From NCBI GenBank assembly GCA_963754925.1, contig CAVWHX010000012.1:96001-160000 (forward strand): 64,000 bases of DNA. The letters run 5' to 3'. A program made the translations under genes and the position numbers. This document shows positions 1 to 10,196 of this stretch, piece after piece. Under the pieces are notes generated by a model that did no database searches, had not been told where the DNA came from, and was given only the letters and a program-made list of their open reading frames with translations. The first letter of the stretch is position 1; the number at the start of each line of letters is the position of its first letter. Origin of the DNA: an uncultured delta proteobacterium (GTDB lineage Bacteria > Myxococcota > B64-G9).

Positions 1-2280
1 GTTGATCCCGCGACTCTGGAGGCGTTCCAGAACGGTCACCGTGCCGACGGCCACAGCCTGGGGAACGCCCGATGAGGACAGAATCTCGTTGCATAACTGC
101 AAAGCGCGCTCGGGGTCGTTCAGGCGCTGCTCGTAGATGCCCGCCAGGCGGTACCGGTACTGCAGCTGCTGAGTCGGCTCGTTGCTCAGTTCCAGGCAAC
201 GATTAAACGCCGCGGCGGCTTGCTCCCAATGGGCCTCTCGCTCGTGGAGCTGGGCAAATTCTTTCCACGCGGTGATATCCTTGGGATCAATTTGCAGAAT
301 CTGCTCGTAGGCCGACAGGGCCGATGCAACATTGGCCATGCGATCGCGGTAAATCTCGGCCAGTTTGTTGAGCAACTCTTTCTTCTTTTGACCGCTGCGT
401 ACCAAGGTAAGCTGCTGGGTGTAAATTCCTACCAACTCAACGCTGCCTCCGGCGGCACGATGCAAGCGCTCGAGAGCATCCAGAGCCGGAAGGTTTTTCG
501 GGTCTTTTTCGAGAATCTGTTGGTAGGTCCGGATCGCCTCGCCGGCGTTGCTTAACCGAGTCTCATACATGGATGCCAGGTGCGCCAGGACCTCCAACAC
601 CGACCGACCTTCCAGTTGTCCGGAATCGAGGATGGTGCGAAGCCCCAAGGCCAATTCCTGGTAGCGTCCGGTTTCCTCGCACAGCGCGAGGACTTCTTTG
701 AACGTCTTCTTGCGCGTTGGATCCAGCATGAGGGCGCGCAGCGCCACTTTGTACGCCTCGACGAGATCCTTGCGCCGCTCGGCCTGTAAATCCAACAACC
801 GGTCAAGCAACCTGAGCTGGTCCCGTTTCTCGCGCGCGTAATGGAGCTGAATCTCAAGGCACCGTATCAGGCCATCGACATCCTGTGCCTTCTCGTAGAT
901 TCTCTCAAGCGCCACCGCGGCCTGCAGATTTTGCGGATCAAGGCGTATGATTTCTTCGTAGAGAAAACGCGCGCCTTGGGGATCCCGCAGATAATCGGAG
1001 GTAATCCGGGCAAGTTGAAAGAGCAAATCCGCTTTAGCGAGTGGATTGTCCTGGCGTTCAACCTGCCCCTTGAGCAATTCGACCACCTCTGCCCAGCGAC
1101 CATCCTCCTGATAATATTCCACCAGCGACACGACGGCTGAAGCATGGCTCGGCTCCACCTGGGCGATTCGTTTGTAGGTCTCGATGCTGAGTTTGCGATC
1201 CTGCAGGCATACCACCGCAAGCAAAGCAACTCGTTCAAGGAGCGCGATGACCGTTTTGCGGTCCTTGCCTCGGTTGGCCATTTCGGTCAACCGATTGATC
1301 AGCTCCTTGGGTCGGCGCGCATCGAGATAGTATCGTTCGGTAAAAGCCAATACGCGGGGGTTGCCTGGTTGCAACAGCGCGCACTTGTCGAGGTTCTCCT
1401 GTACTTCGCGATCATGCCCCCCTTTGAGGAAGAAGAGTTCAGCGATGCGCCGGTAACAGGCGACCGCCCGACCTTTGTCGGGAGCCTCGACCGCTTCGAC
1501 CCGTAGACGCTTTATCCGAGCCTCTACATCAGCCTTGGCCGCCTCGAGTTTCGCCTGCGCCACCGCCACCAACGCTGGATCGGAAAGCAGTTTTGCAGCC
1601 CTCTCGAGGCACTCTCGGCACAGCTGTTCATACAACGGTTCATCAAGAAGTTCTTCTCCCAGTTGTAAAAAGCGCCCGCCCAGAGCCTCCGAATCACGGG
1701 CGTCAAGCTCGGCCTCGCGCTGAAGCAGTTCGACCACTTTCTGGTACGAGCCGAGCTCGCGATAGATACCACCGAGGGCGGTTAGGACGCCGATTCGTTT
1801 CGGGTCGGCTGCGAGCGCATATTGCCAAGCCACCAGCGCCTTATCACGACGTTTGAGATGGTCGCGGTAGATGGTCCCCAGACGTTGGTAGATATCGGCT
1901 CGTTCAGTCGCGTCCTGGGCTAACCACACGTGCTGCTCGAGCACCTCTGCCAGTTTGGCGAAGTCGCCTCGTCGGCTCGCTATGTCCTCTAAGCCCTCCA
2001 GCGCAACAAGACTTTGCGGATAGGCATGCAGAATCTGCTCATAGCTTGCAATCGCTCGGGCTTGATCGCCAAGCTTGACATGCCAGATAGAGCCTACCTT
2101 CTCCATCAGCAATCGAATCTGTTCTGCATCGCATTGGTGGCGAAGGCGTTCTTCATAAAGCTGCACCAACTCGCGCCAGCGCTCTTTTCCCTTGAATATT
2201 TCCTCAAGTGCATTAAATGCCGCTGCATCGGTCGGATTGGTCTTGAGAATCTTTTGGTAGCTACGAATCTGCTCTTCCAT
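1..2280 (-). CDS. agmK: Large TPR-repeat gliding protein, AgmK/GltI-like (5' part only; runs off the left edge)
   Basis: Absent from the ORF track because it has no stop in the window. Manual translation from ATG at 2280 gives MEEQIRSYQKILKTNPTDAAAFNALEEIF..., and the left end is in the same frame (...YRLAGIYEQRLNDPERALQLCNEIL...). TPR-like repeats; lies downstream of gltG as in Myxococcus. Confidence 0.7.
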   Translation of the reverse strand, partial: MEEQIRSYQKILKTNPTDAAAFNALEEIFKGKERWRELVQLYEERLRHQCDAEQIRLLMEKVGSIWHVKLGDQARAIASYEQILHAYPQSLVALEGLEDIASRRGDFAKLAEVLEQHVWLAQDATERADIYQRLGTIYRDHLKRRDKALVAWQYALAADPKRIGVLTALGGIYRELGSYQKVVELLQREAELDARDSEALGGRFLQLGEELLDEPLYEQLCRECLERAAKLLSDPALVAVAQAKLEAAKADVEARIKRLRVEAVEAPDKGRAVACYRRIAELFFLKGGHDREVQENLDKCALLQPGNPRVLAFTERYYLDARRPKELINRLTEMANRGKDRKTVIALLERVALLAVVCLQDRKLSIETYKRIAQVEPSHASAVVSLVEYYQEDGRWAEVVELLKGQVERQDNPLAKADLLFQLARITSDYLRDPQGARFLYEEIIRLDPQNLQAAVALERIYEKAQDVDGLIRCLEIQLHYAREKRDQLRLLDRLLDLQAERRKDLVEAYKVALRALMLDPTRKKTFKEVLALCEETGRYQELALGLRTILDSGQLEGRSVLEVLAHLASMYETRLSNAGEAIRTYQQILEKDPKNLPALDALERLHRAAGGSVELVGIYTQQLTLVRSGQKKKELLNKLAEIYRDRMANVASALSAYEQILQIDPKDITAWKEFAQLHEREAHWEQAAAAFNRCLELSNEPTQQLQYRYRLAGIYEQRLNDPERALQLCNEILSSSGVPQAVAVGTVTVLERLQSRGIN

Positions 2281-2493
2281 CGAAAAGATTGCTCCTGGCT
2301 GCAAACAAGCATCGACACAGGGGTCGAGAGTGACTTGACCCCGTGTTTATTAAAGCTAGTAAATCCCAATTACCTATTATCGCAAAACATCTTACAATGT
2401 AAAGAAAAGGTCCCGAAAAGCGCGGGCATTGAGATGGCTGCGGATGGGGGAACGACTTCTATGGATTCCGGAACGTTAAAGCGTTCTGCAAAC

Positions 2494-4454
2494 CTACGAC
2501 GACCGCAGTATGAACGGATAATTTACGATGACGATACCGCCGCCCTTGGGCTCGGGGAATTTCCAGGTATGAATCTTTTGAATGATGCACTGCTCAACAA
2601 CGGCGTTGTTCAAACTGCTCTCGCTCACCGCCGCTTGCGTAACATACCCCTTAGGACTAATGGTGAATTTAACTGAAACCTTGCCGGCGAGGTTGGGGTT
2701 GCGGGTCAGTTCTTGCGAGTAGCAATATTTAATTTGATCGCGATGGGATTGAATCACTTGGCGGATGATCTCCATGCTCAACGAACCCATTATGATCGGA
2801 TTGCCGACGCTGATGTTGATATTGCTCTCTCCGTGACCTCTCAATTTTGCCACTGCAGTGCCATAACCGGCCTGATTACCGCCGCGGCCATAGGTACCCA
2901 AACTGCCGACGCCGATGGTGGTCGAGCCGGGAGCGCCGCCGCCGCCCGTACCCGTGCCCTTCAATCCCAACCCGCCCATACCGCCGCTGTCGCCGACAAC
3001 GTTGCCGGTCAGATTGCCAATAGCTCCGTCGAGCTCGCCACCCAACCCGGAGCCTCCCATAACGGTCGACACGCCGTATTGGCCACTGCCGCTCAAAACT
3101 CCTAAGAGACCCTTATTACCGACCAGTTCCTTGTCATCGATTTTGATGGCTTTTATCGCCATGCGCCTGCCGAGTTCGGGCATATTTTTCTTTCCCGCGG
3201 CACCCTCGGTGCCCGCTGCCCGTGGGGCTATTCCCGCCTTCTCGCTAATGTCTGCCTTGAGTTTCCAAGAAAGGCCAGATCCTTTTGCTCTGGTTTCGGC
3301 CGTTCGAGAATAAACTGAACATACCGATCGGGCACCTTGTAGAGTTCTTCCTCGGAGCCTTCGATCGACTTTGGCCTTAATTGTATGGTTGCAATCATGC
3401 CCGAGTACATAAATAACAGTAATAAAATTGAGTTAAGGAACGTATAGTCGATCCGATCCGATAGTTTTGAGACAAACCCGGCCGGCCTTGAAACATATCT
3501 AAAACGAAAGCCCACTTGTCCAAAACTCACCGTGGCGGTTGCCTGTCGCGGTAAGGTAATGTTATAACATTGCGTGAAGGTGGGATCCCGACCAGTCTTT
3601 GAACCGCTCACCAAATCCTGCAGCGTGGTGCTGGCTCCGTTGCTCTCGACCACCGTACCCGTAGCCTTATCACTAAAAGCTAACACGAGGTCGTTTTCTA
3701 CCACCCTGGCGATGGGAAAGACCGTAGCTGGCAGTAAATCCGCCGGTAGGTAAAAATCGACGTTATTGCTCTCTCCTACCATAATCTGCTTCGTATCGTT
3801 TTTGAAATAACGCAATTCAATAACATTGTTGCCCCACAGCTGGCGTACCTCAAGAGCCCAATTTTCTGGAGTGACGGCGGGGTCATCGTTAAGTTCGCCG
3901 AGTTCGCGTGGCGGCGGGAGGGCAACCCGAGGTGAATAGGTGACCGGAGGCTTTCTTTTCACCATCGGCGGCGGAACGGCCACCGGTGCCGAAACCGGCT
4001 TTGTCGGCTCGGGCTTGGGTTTTTCATCCGTGAAGGCGGACTCAACAAACGTACCAATTGCTGAAATGGACTCCGCTGCCGGCGTCGCCGCCGGAACCTT
4101 TGAGACTGCCGTCGCTTCGCTCTCGGCTTTGAGAGAGGCAACCAGATCTTCGGACTCCTCTTCTACAAAAACTAAGCTCGTGTCGCCGATACGCATTTCA
4201 TCACCGGGATGTAAAACGGCCTTGTTTACTTTTTCACCGTTTACAAAGGTGCCCTCGGTGCTTCCCATATCAATAACACTTACCTCGCCTCCGTCCGATA
4301 CCTCCACCACTGCATGAATCCGAGACACCTTCTCATCGTCCAGTCGGAGGTGGGCCGATGATAATCGGCCGATCTTGATGGTTTCTTGCTCAAACTTTTC
4401 TACCGAGAGCAATTCACCATTTCGTAAAACTTTAAAGGTCAACGGCTTACCCAT
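2494..4454 (-). CDS. gltG: GltG/PglI: N-terminal FHA, TM helix, Gly-rich linker, AgmX/PglI (TonB-C-like) C-terminal domain; split by a frameshift at ~3265
   Basis: ORF 3228..4481 carries an FHA domain (IKIGR...VSRIHA...DMGSTEGTFVNG). ORF 2494..3183 ends IRQVIQSH..IKYCY..EL...GKVSVKFTI..G.V....WKFPEPKGGGIVIVNYPF. One added base at CTTGGAAACTC joins them (..KLKADISEKAGIAPRAAGTEGAAGKKNMP). ATG 4454 follows GAGGAGG. Confidence 0.85.
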
Positions 4455-4481
4455 AACCGCCTCCTCAACGTAATTCTTCAC

Positions 4482-4769
4482 TCACTGGAGATCTCTAACA
4501 GATTCTAACACCTTGTCTTTGAAGTCTTCCCGGACAGTTATCAGGCTCTTGTGTCTCGATCCGCGGCGACCGGTTAAAGATTCCTGATCGGGCCGGGTAA
4601 GATCCCCGGTGATGGTGTCGTCTTCAAAATTATAAACCGTTTTCTTTTTGTAGATGACATCGTCATCTGCGGCCATGGCTACGTGCGGCTTGGCTGCCAT
4701 GCCGAATACCATACTCGCCAGGACTGCCATCAACCAAATCCATTTACGGTAAAAGGAAGTTTTCTTCAT
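4482..4769 (-). CDS. gltF: GltF/CglF small exported gliding protein
   Basis: Signal peptide followed by KKKTVYNFEDDTITGDLTRPD...HKSLITVREDF, typical of GltF. Lies between gltE and gltG. ATG 4769 follows GAGGAGG. Confidence 0.85.
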   Translation of the reverse strand: MKKTSFYRKWIWLMAVLASMVFGMAAKPHVAMAADDDVIYKKKTVYNFEDDTITGDLTRPDQESLTGRRGSRHKSLITVREDFKDKVLESVRDLQ

Positions 4770-4927
4770 ACCCCAATCCTCCTCGTTCCGATAAACCAAA
4801 CAGCACCTCATGAACCATTACATCTTCTTTCCTTATGTCAGCGTCCACAACGGTATTTGACGTCCTGTCCTGTTGTTTGTTCTTTCTTGCTGGTAAATTA
4901 TACCCCAAAATATTATTTATTGAAAAA

Positions 4928-6551
4928 TTATGACTTCGTTTTTGGCGTCGGCTTCTCTGGCTTCTTAGATGTAGGCTTTTTCCCTACCCAGAGCCCTCCT
5001 TGGAAAAGCATATCGGTTTTATCTTTGAAGGTAATTAACACGTCCCATGCACCAACCTGAAGCCCCTTGGGAGCTTGGATTTCAATGGAATAGTCGTCAA
5101 GTTGTCGCCAGGGGACCTTATAGGCGCCAAGCTCAACCTTTGCTATATTCTTGAAAATCGCTCCCGCAAGCGTTAAGGTCTCAGCCTTCTCCGACGTCAT
5201 GGCAAGGGGTACGATGACAAAAGGCATCTCTGCTGTCTGAAGTTTTTTCGGCGGAAGCACATCATTCTCCTGTTCAGCGCGCGCCCACTCTTTATCGTAC
5301 AAGTCTTGTTTCTGTTTCTCAAGTCTGGTAACGAGCTCTTGCAGCCGCTTCCCTTCTTCTTCGGCCTTGTGCTGTTCTTCTTGCACCTTTTTATCCATTT
5401 CAATCTGATCTCGTGCTTCCTTAAGCAAGGCGTAGACCGGATGATCATTGGGAAGATTCCCGGACATCTTTTTAAAACTGCTAAACTCATCCACCGCGGC
5501 GTGCATGTCCGTTATATTGCGTAGGTGAATCATGCCGCGCCAATAGTACGGCAGGGGATCTTTGGGATATTTTTCAGAAAGCTTTTGAAAATGTTTCAAG
5601 GCATTCTCAAAATCGCCGGTCCCGCGCATGGCTATCCCTAATCCGACTTCTGCCTTGATATTATCGGGCTCGTAGGCGAGAATTTTTTGGAACTCCTCGC
5701 GCGCCACCCTGAAGTCTTTATAATCCAAGGCAATCTTGGCGACATTGAACCGGGTTTGGATCATATCCGGTTCTTTCTGCAGCGCGGTACGAAATTGCGC
5801 CAGTGCCTCCGGCACCTTTTGCATCCTGAGTAACACAAGCCCCAAGGTATTGAGCAACCGGGGGTCTTTATCTTTAACGACGAGCCCCCGTTGACAAATC
5901 AAGTGCGCCATGTCGAGATCGCCTTTATCATAATACACCGAGGCCATGATGCGGTAGGCTCCCATATTGGTTGGGTCACGAATGAGAACCTGAGAGGCCG
6001 CATCGATAGCCTGATCGTACTGTTTTCGTTGACCGTAGATCTCAGCCATCTGTAAGCAGCACCGCGCTGTTTTTGGAATCCTTTACCAGGGCGCGCTTGA
6101 AAAGCTCAAGCGCTTGATCGAGATCGCCTTGATGCGCCAGGATGGCCCCCAAGCTCGCCGCTGCGATGCTCAGATCCGGTTTTAGTGATAACGCCTGCTC
6201 GTAATTCTCTTTGGCTTTTTTCTCATCTTGCATCGCCTCATAAATACATCCGAGGTTATAATAAGCCTCGGCGAGTTTTGGTTCCTTATCAATTACAGAC
6301 TGAAAAATTCTAAGCAACGCCGAGTAATCGATTACCGGTTTAGTAAGCTCCTTTTGGTACGACGCAACCGCCTCGCTAAAAAGCAACTTATTCTCTTGGG
6401 GAGCCTCAGCCGCCGGTTGTTGTGTCTGGGCTGGAACCTTGGTTATGCCTTTCTCATTGCGTTTTTCAGATGAAGCTCCACAAGCTGCCAAAAAACCTGC
6501 AAAAAAGTAGACACCAAACAAGCACAGGGCGAATTTAATAGTGTTATACAT
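4928..6551 (-). CDS. gltE: GltE/AglT TPR lipoprotein with a C-terminal coiled coil and putative Ig-like/IPT extension; frameshift at ~6052
   Basis: Lipobox LAAC. TPR repeats continue across ORFs 6042..6551 and 4928..6049; removing one base near CTGCTTACAGATG joins them. Lies between gltD and gltF. Confidence 0.8.
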
Positions 6552-6604
6552 ACCGTTCCTCTCAGCCGACTAGAAATCGCGACTCGTAATCGTCCGACTG
6601 TCTA

Positions 6605-9600
6605 TCATTGCTTATGTTCCTCTCCCGATGCCCCTGATTCCTTGCGCTGCAGCGTGAGCGCCGGCTCATTCATGAATTCCGGATTCTTGACGGCGTCGCT
6701 CCACAGGACGGTCAACAACGGATTGCGGCTTGCCACATCCGCCACCGTTTTTACCTCGAATCCTAATTCTTCACGAGGATACTCAGCCGGCCGGTATTCC
6801 TGAAGCTTGGCGAGCGCCAGCTGAGTGAACTGGCTATCGAAACCCAATTCCGAGCCCTTATCCACCGACGCCTTGAAGTGCGTAACGGCCTTGTCTTCCC
6901 ATGGTTGACCGAGTTCTCGAAGCTTTTGCATGTAGATATCTTGCTGTTCTGTCGTAAAGCCTTTCGGCATTGGGGCTTTGTAGTAACTCTCGGCCATATT
7001 CTCGTAAGCCCGTCCCAGCTTATATAGAGAGGCGATAGCCCACTCAGCTTGCCCGAGCTTGGCGATATCGGTGTATTTTTTCTCGACCCTCTTCAACCGA
7101 TACGTCTTCTCCTCTACTTCTTTTGCCAGGGCTTTTTGATTGGTGGTGGCAGTCAGATGGTATTTGATATACTCATCAAACTCATCTTCAGAAAGAATAA
7201 ATTCAGCATGAGCCGCGGCCTCAGCCGCTTCGGTTGTGGTAGCTTTGGGTCTCTTTTGCAACGCGTGGTATTGAGCTATAACCGCCTTGAATTCCTTTTC
7301 AGCCTCGGTGGTTTTTTTAAGCTTCTGCAATAACAGCGCCCGTTTCATGCGCGCGGCAATTGCACGGTCGGGAAACAAACCGAGATATTTATCAAAGTAT
7401 GTTTTGTAGCTATCAATGGCTAACTGATCCTTTTGAAGATTTTCATAGAGAAGCGCCAACGAGTAATACACCTTGGGGGTATCGGGAGCGTTCGGGAACA
7501 AACTGATAAACTCCTCTCGATCGGTGATGGCTTGTTGAAATTCCTTGAGGGCTTCCCGGTAAATCCCGGCATTGATCAATGCGGCTTGGGCATCAATATT
7601 ATTCCAGGTGCGACGATTGCCCTCGAATTGTTTTTCATTAACATTATCAGCAGGTGAAGCTTCTTTCTTGCCGGCAACCGTTTTTCCCAACCCCAACATC
7701 TTTTTGAAGCGCTCGGCGTATTTTTCATAGAGGGTTGCAGCTTTGCTGAAGTCTGTCGAACGCTCAAAATTTTCCGCAAGGTTGAAAATGGTACCGGGCA
7801 CCAGATCGCTCGTTGGGTATTCATCGATCAGCTTCTGGCGCGCCCTCCGGGCCAAATCCAGCCGCTCGGCCCGTTCGAACTCGACGCTGGCATTGAACAA
7901 CGCATCATCAGCCAGTTCGTGGTCTTTAAATTCTTTCGTGAAGCTAATATACGACATGGCAACCTTGTAGTGGATCTGCTGCGGGGTGAGCGGCTTTTGG
8001 CCCTCAGGTGTCTTGGCAAAAGTCTTGTCCAACGTTTCCATGCGCTTGAAAACAATCTTCGGAAAAAGTTTGGTCAGGTACTCATGAAGTTTCTGGTTCT
8101 TCATGAGCGTTTGGTTTTGTATATATTTGCGCGCATAGGTGGTCAATCCATCCAAATCACCGATGAGATTAAATGAATCAAGGACTAAGTTTGCAGCGTA
8201 CTCGGCCAGTTCGTTATTGGGGAAGTCACGCACAATTTCATCGAAGCGTTTAATTGCTTCATCAAAATAATTGAAGTCGTAATAGGTCTTGGCAATATCG
8301 TACTTGAGGTTGCAAAGGTCTTCGCTTGCCGGGCAATGATCCATATAGACCTCTGCAGCTTGAAGAAAACGCATGCGCTCCCTCGAGAACGGCTGTTTCT
8401 CAAGTTCCTTTGGCTTTTCTTTATCTGTTTTAGGTTTTTCTTTCTTCTGCTCGGCTTTCAACTGTTCGCGATGGACCAAAACGGTTTTATAGGCCGCATC
8501 ACATAAATAGGTGCCGGGGCTACTCCTGCCCTGTTTCGTCTTTTCAGGAAACTTATTGTATTTCTTAAGGTAATCAAGATCGGCCACCACTATCTTTGTG
8601 TATTCTTCAGCAGCCCGCTCGAATTGTCCCAGGCGGTAGTAGAGAAGCTCGGCAAAAGCAAAACGGATGTCATACGCGTCGGGAGAATCAGGAAAGAGTT
8701 CGAGGTAATCGCTGAACATTTCCTGGGAATATTGAAAGGTTTCTTTTTGCTTGGTTTCCTTTGCTTCCTTATACCACATGCTGCCAAGCTTGCGTAAGGT
8801 GGTTTCAGCAAGTTCACGAGCTTCCTTGATGCGCGAAGCCTCACCCGGGGTTGGATTCGTCAAGCAGGTTTCTGTCTGTTTAAAAAGCTCGACCAACATT
8901 CGTACCTGTGCCACCGTATCGCGTTTATCGCCCACACGCGAGCTGCAATCGACGACGCGACCTTGAAAAAATGGCACCTCGGCCGAGCATTTTTCACGAG
9001 AGATCAAGTAGCGATATATGATGATGGCTTTTCGGTCCTGGCCCACACCGAAGTAAATTTGAGCCAGATTAGACACCATGCCATGAACTTCTTTTGGATC
9101 TTCAGTTAGTTTGGCAAAAACGGTTGGAGCCTCTTCGGCGGAGCCCTCATTGCTGTACGTCAGGGTATAGTCCTTCAAAGCTTCCTTACGGATCTCGAGT
9201 TTCTTACCCTCTCCCATGGACAACATAATTACTTGGGAGAACATCTCCTTAGCTTTTTCCCACTCGTGAAAATTAAAATAACACCATCCCTGCTTATAAA
9301 TGCCATAGGTATAAATTGGCGATTCGGGATATTCTCCGACTTTCTTATACGCGATCAAAGCCTTCTCAAGTAGGGCTGATTCCTTAGTCGCATTATCAAA
9401 ATAGTACTCACCAAACGCCAAATAGGAGTCAGGGACATACTTGCTTTTGGGGTAGTTGGTGATCAGCTGCTTATAGACCGACAAGGAATCCTTTTGACGA
9501 CCGATATCCCACAACGAATACGCGAGGAAATAGAGCACCTGATCGCGATTGGGATAGTTCGGATGCTTCTCGATAAGCTCCTTATACAGGTCAATCGCCT

Positions 9601-10015
9601 GCAGGCGCCATTTGTCCTCGTCTACCCTAAAGGTTTTTTTCTTCTCATCAATATCTTTACGGAGCCGGTCGTTTTCCGGGTCCTTGGCCAGTTGTTCGTC
9701 AAGTTGTTGAGCCTGGTTGAAATAAAACATCGCCTCTTCGAAACAGTTCTCGGCCAGACGGAACACCAGGTCCGCGCGGCGCTCTTCGCTCTTTTCGTAC
9801 TTCAGCAACTCCCGCAGCTCATCGCGGATGGTCTTGCGCTTCTCTGCTATCTGCAGATCGACCGTCCGGGTCTGGCGAAAACGCTGGTACTCAAGACCAG
9901 GGCGCCGGATGGTTTCCTCTTTTTTGGGAGCGGTGGTATAAGCCTGTGCATCCGAGGCAACCAGCGCGAGCCCCACGATCAACCCTCGACAAAAAACCGA
10001 GCCTCGTCGTATCAC
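6605..10015 (-). CDS. gltD: GltD/AgmU periplasmic multi-TPR protein
   Basis: 1136 aa with signal peptide. Motifs VFRLAE, YPNRDQVLYFLA, YGIYKQGWCYFN and C-terminal EWAIASLYKLG..Y...PMPKG match the GltD pattern. Synteny with gltC and gltE. Confidence 0.85.
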   Translation of the reverse strand: MIRRGSVFCRGLIVGLALVASDAQAYTTAPKKEETIRRPGLEYQRFRQTRTVDLQIAEKRKTIRDELRELLKYEKSEERRADLVFRLAENCFEEAMFYFNQAQQLDEQLAKDPENDRLRKDIDEKKKTFRVDEDKWRLQAIDLYKELIEKHPNYPNRDQVLYFLAYSLWDIGRQKDSLSVYKQLITNYPKSKYVPDSYLAFGEYYFDNATKESALLEKALIAYKKVGEYPESPIYTYGIYKQGWCYFNFHEWEKAKEMFSQVIMLSMGEGKKLEIRKEALKDYTLTYSNEGSAEEAPTVFAKLTEDPKEVHGMVSNLAQIYFGVGQDRKAIIIYRYLISREKCSAEVPFFQGRVVDCSSRVGDKRDTVAQVRMLVELFKQTETCLTNPTPGEASRIKEARELAETTLRKLGSMWYKEAKETKQKETFQYSQEMFSDYLELFPDSPDAYDIRFAFAELLYYRLGQFERAAEEYTKIVVADLDYLKKYNKFPEKTKQGRSSPGTYLCDAAYKTVLVHREQLKAEQKKEKPKTDKEKPKELEKQPFSRERMRFLQAAEVYMDHCPASEDLCNLKYDIAKTYYDFNYFDEAIKRFDEIVRDFPNNELAEYAANLVLDSFNLIGDLDGLTTYARKYIQNQTLMKNQKLHEYLTKLFPKIVFKRMETLDKTFAKTPEGQKPLTPQQIHYKVAMSYISFTKEFKDHELADDALFNASVEFERAERLDLARRARQKLIDEYPTSDLVPGTIFNLAENFERSTDFSKAATLYEKYAERFKKMLGLGKTVAGKKEASPADNVNEKQFEGNRRTWNNIDAQAALINAGIYREALKEFQQAITDREEFISLFPNAPDTPKVYYSLALLYENLQKDQLAIDSYKTYFDKYLGLFPDRAIAARMKRALLLQKLKKTTEAEKEFKAVIAQYHALQKRPKATTTEAAEAAAHAEFILSEDEFDEYIKYHLTATTNQKALAKEVEEKTYRLKRVEKKYTDIAKLGQAEWAIASLYKLGRAYENMAESYYKAPMPKGFTTEQQDIYMQKLRELGQPWEDKAVTHFKASVDKGSELGFDSQFTQLALAKLQEYRPAEYPREELGFEVKTVADVASRNPLLTVLWSDAVKNPEFMNEPALTLQRKESGASGEEHKQ

Positions 10016-10196
10016 AACGTAACTCCTTTAAAGATAGTATCTGCCGCGATACCGCTGCTGCTTAACCAATGCTTACCACGCAATGGCTTTATCGCTTCGG
10101 AATTCTCACGCGCACCAAGGGGATAGCAACGGTATCCGGTTTTAGAGCAGGTTTTGTAACGCAATGGTATAAACTCTTCCTTCGCACAGAAGGAGA

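Noticed and set aside
220..2676. Numerous short ORFs on both strands at the left end
   Set aside because: They are shadows of one long minus-strand TPR frame (1..2280) that the ORF track missed because it has no stop in the window.
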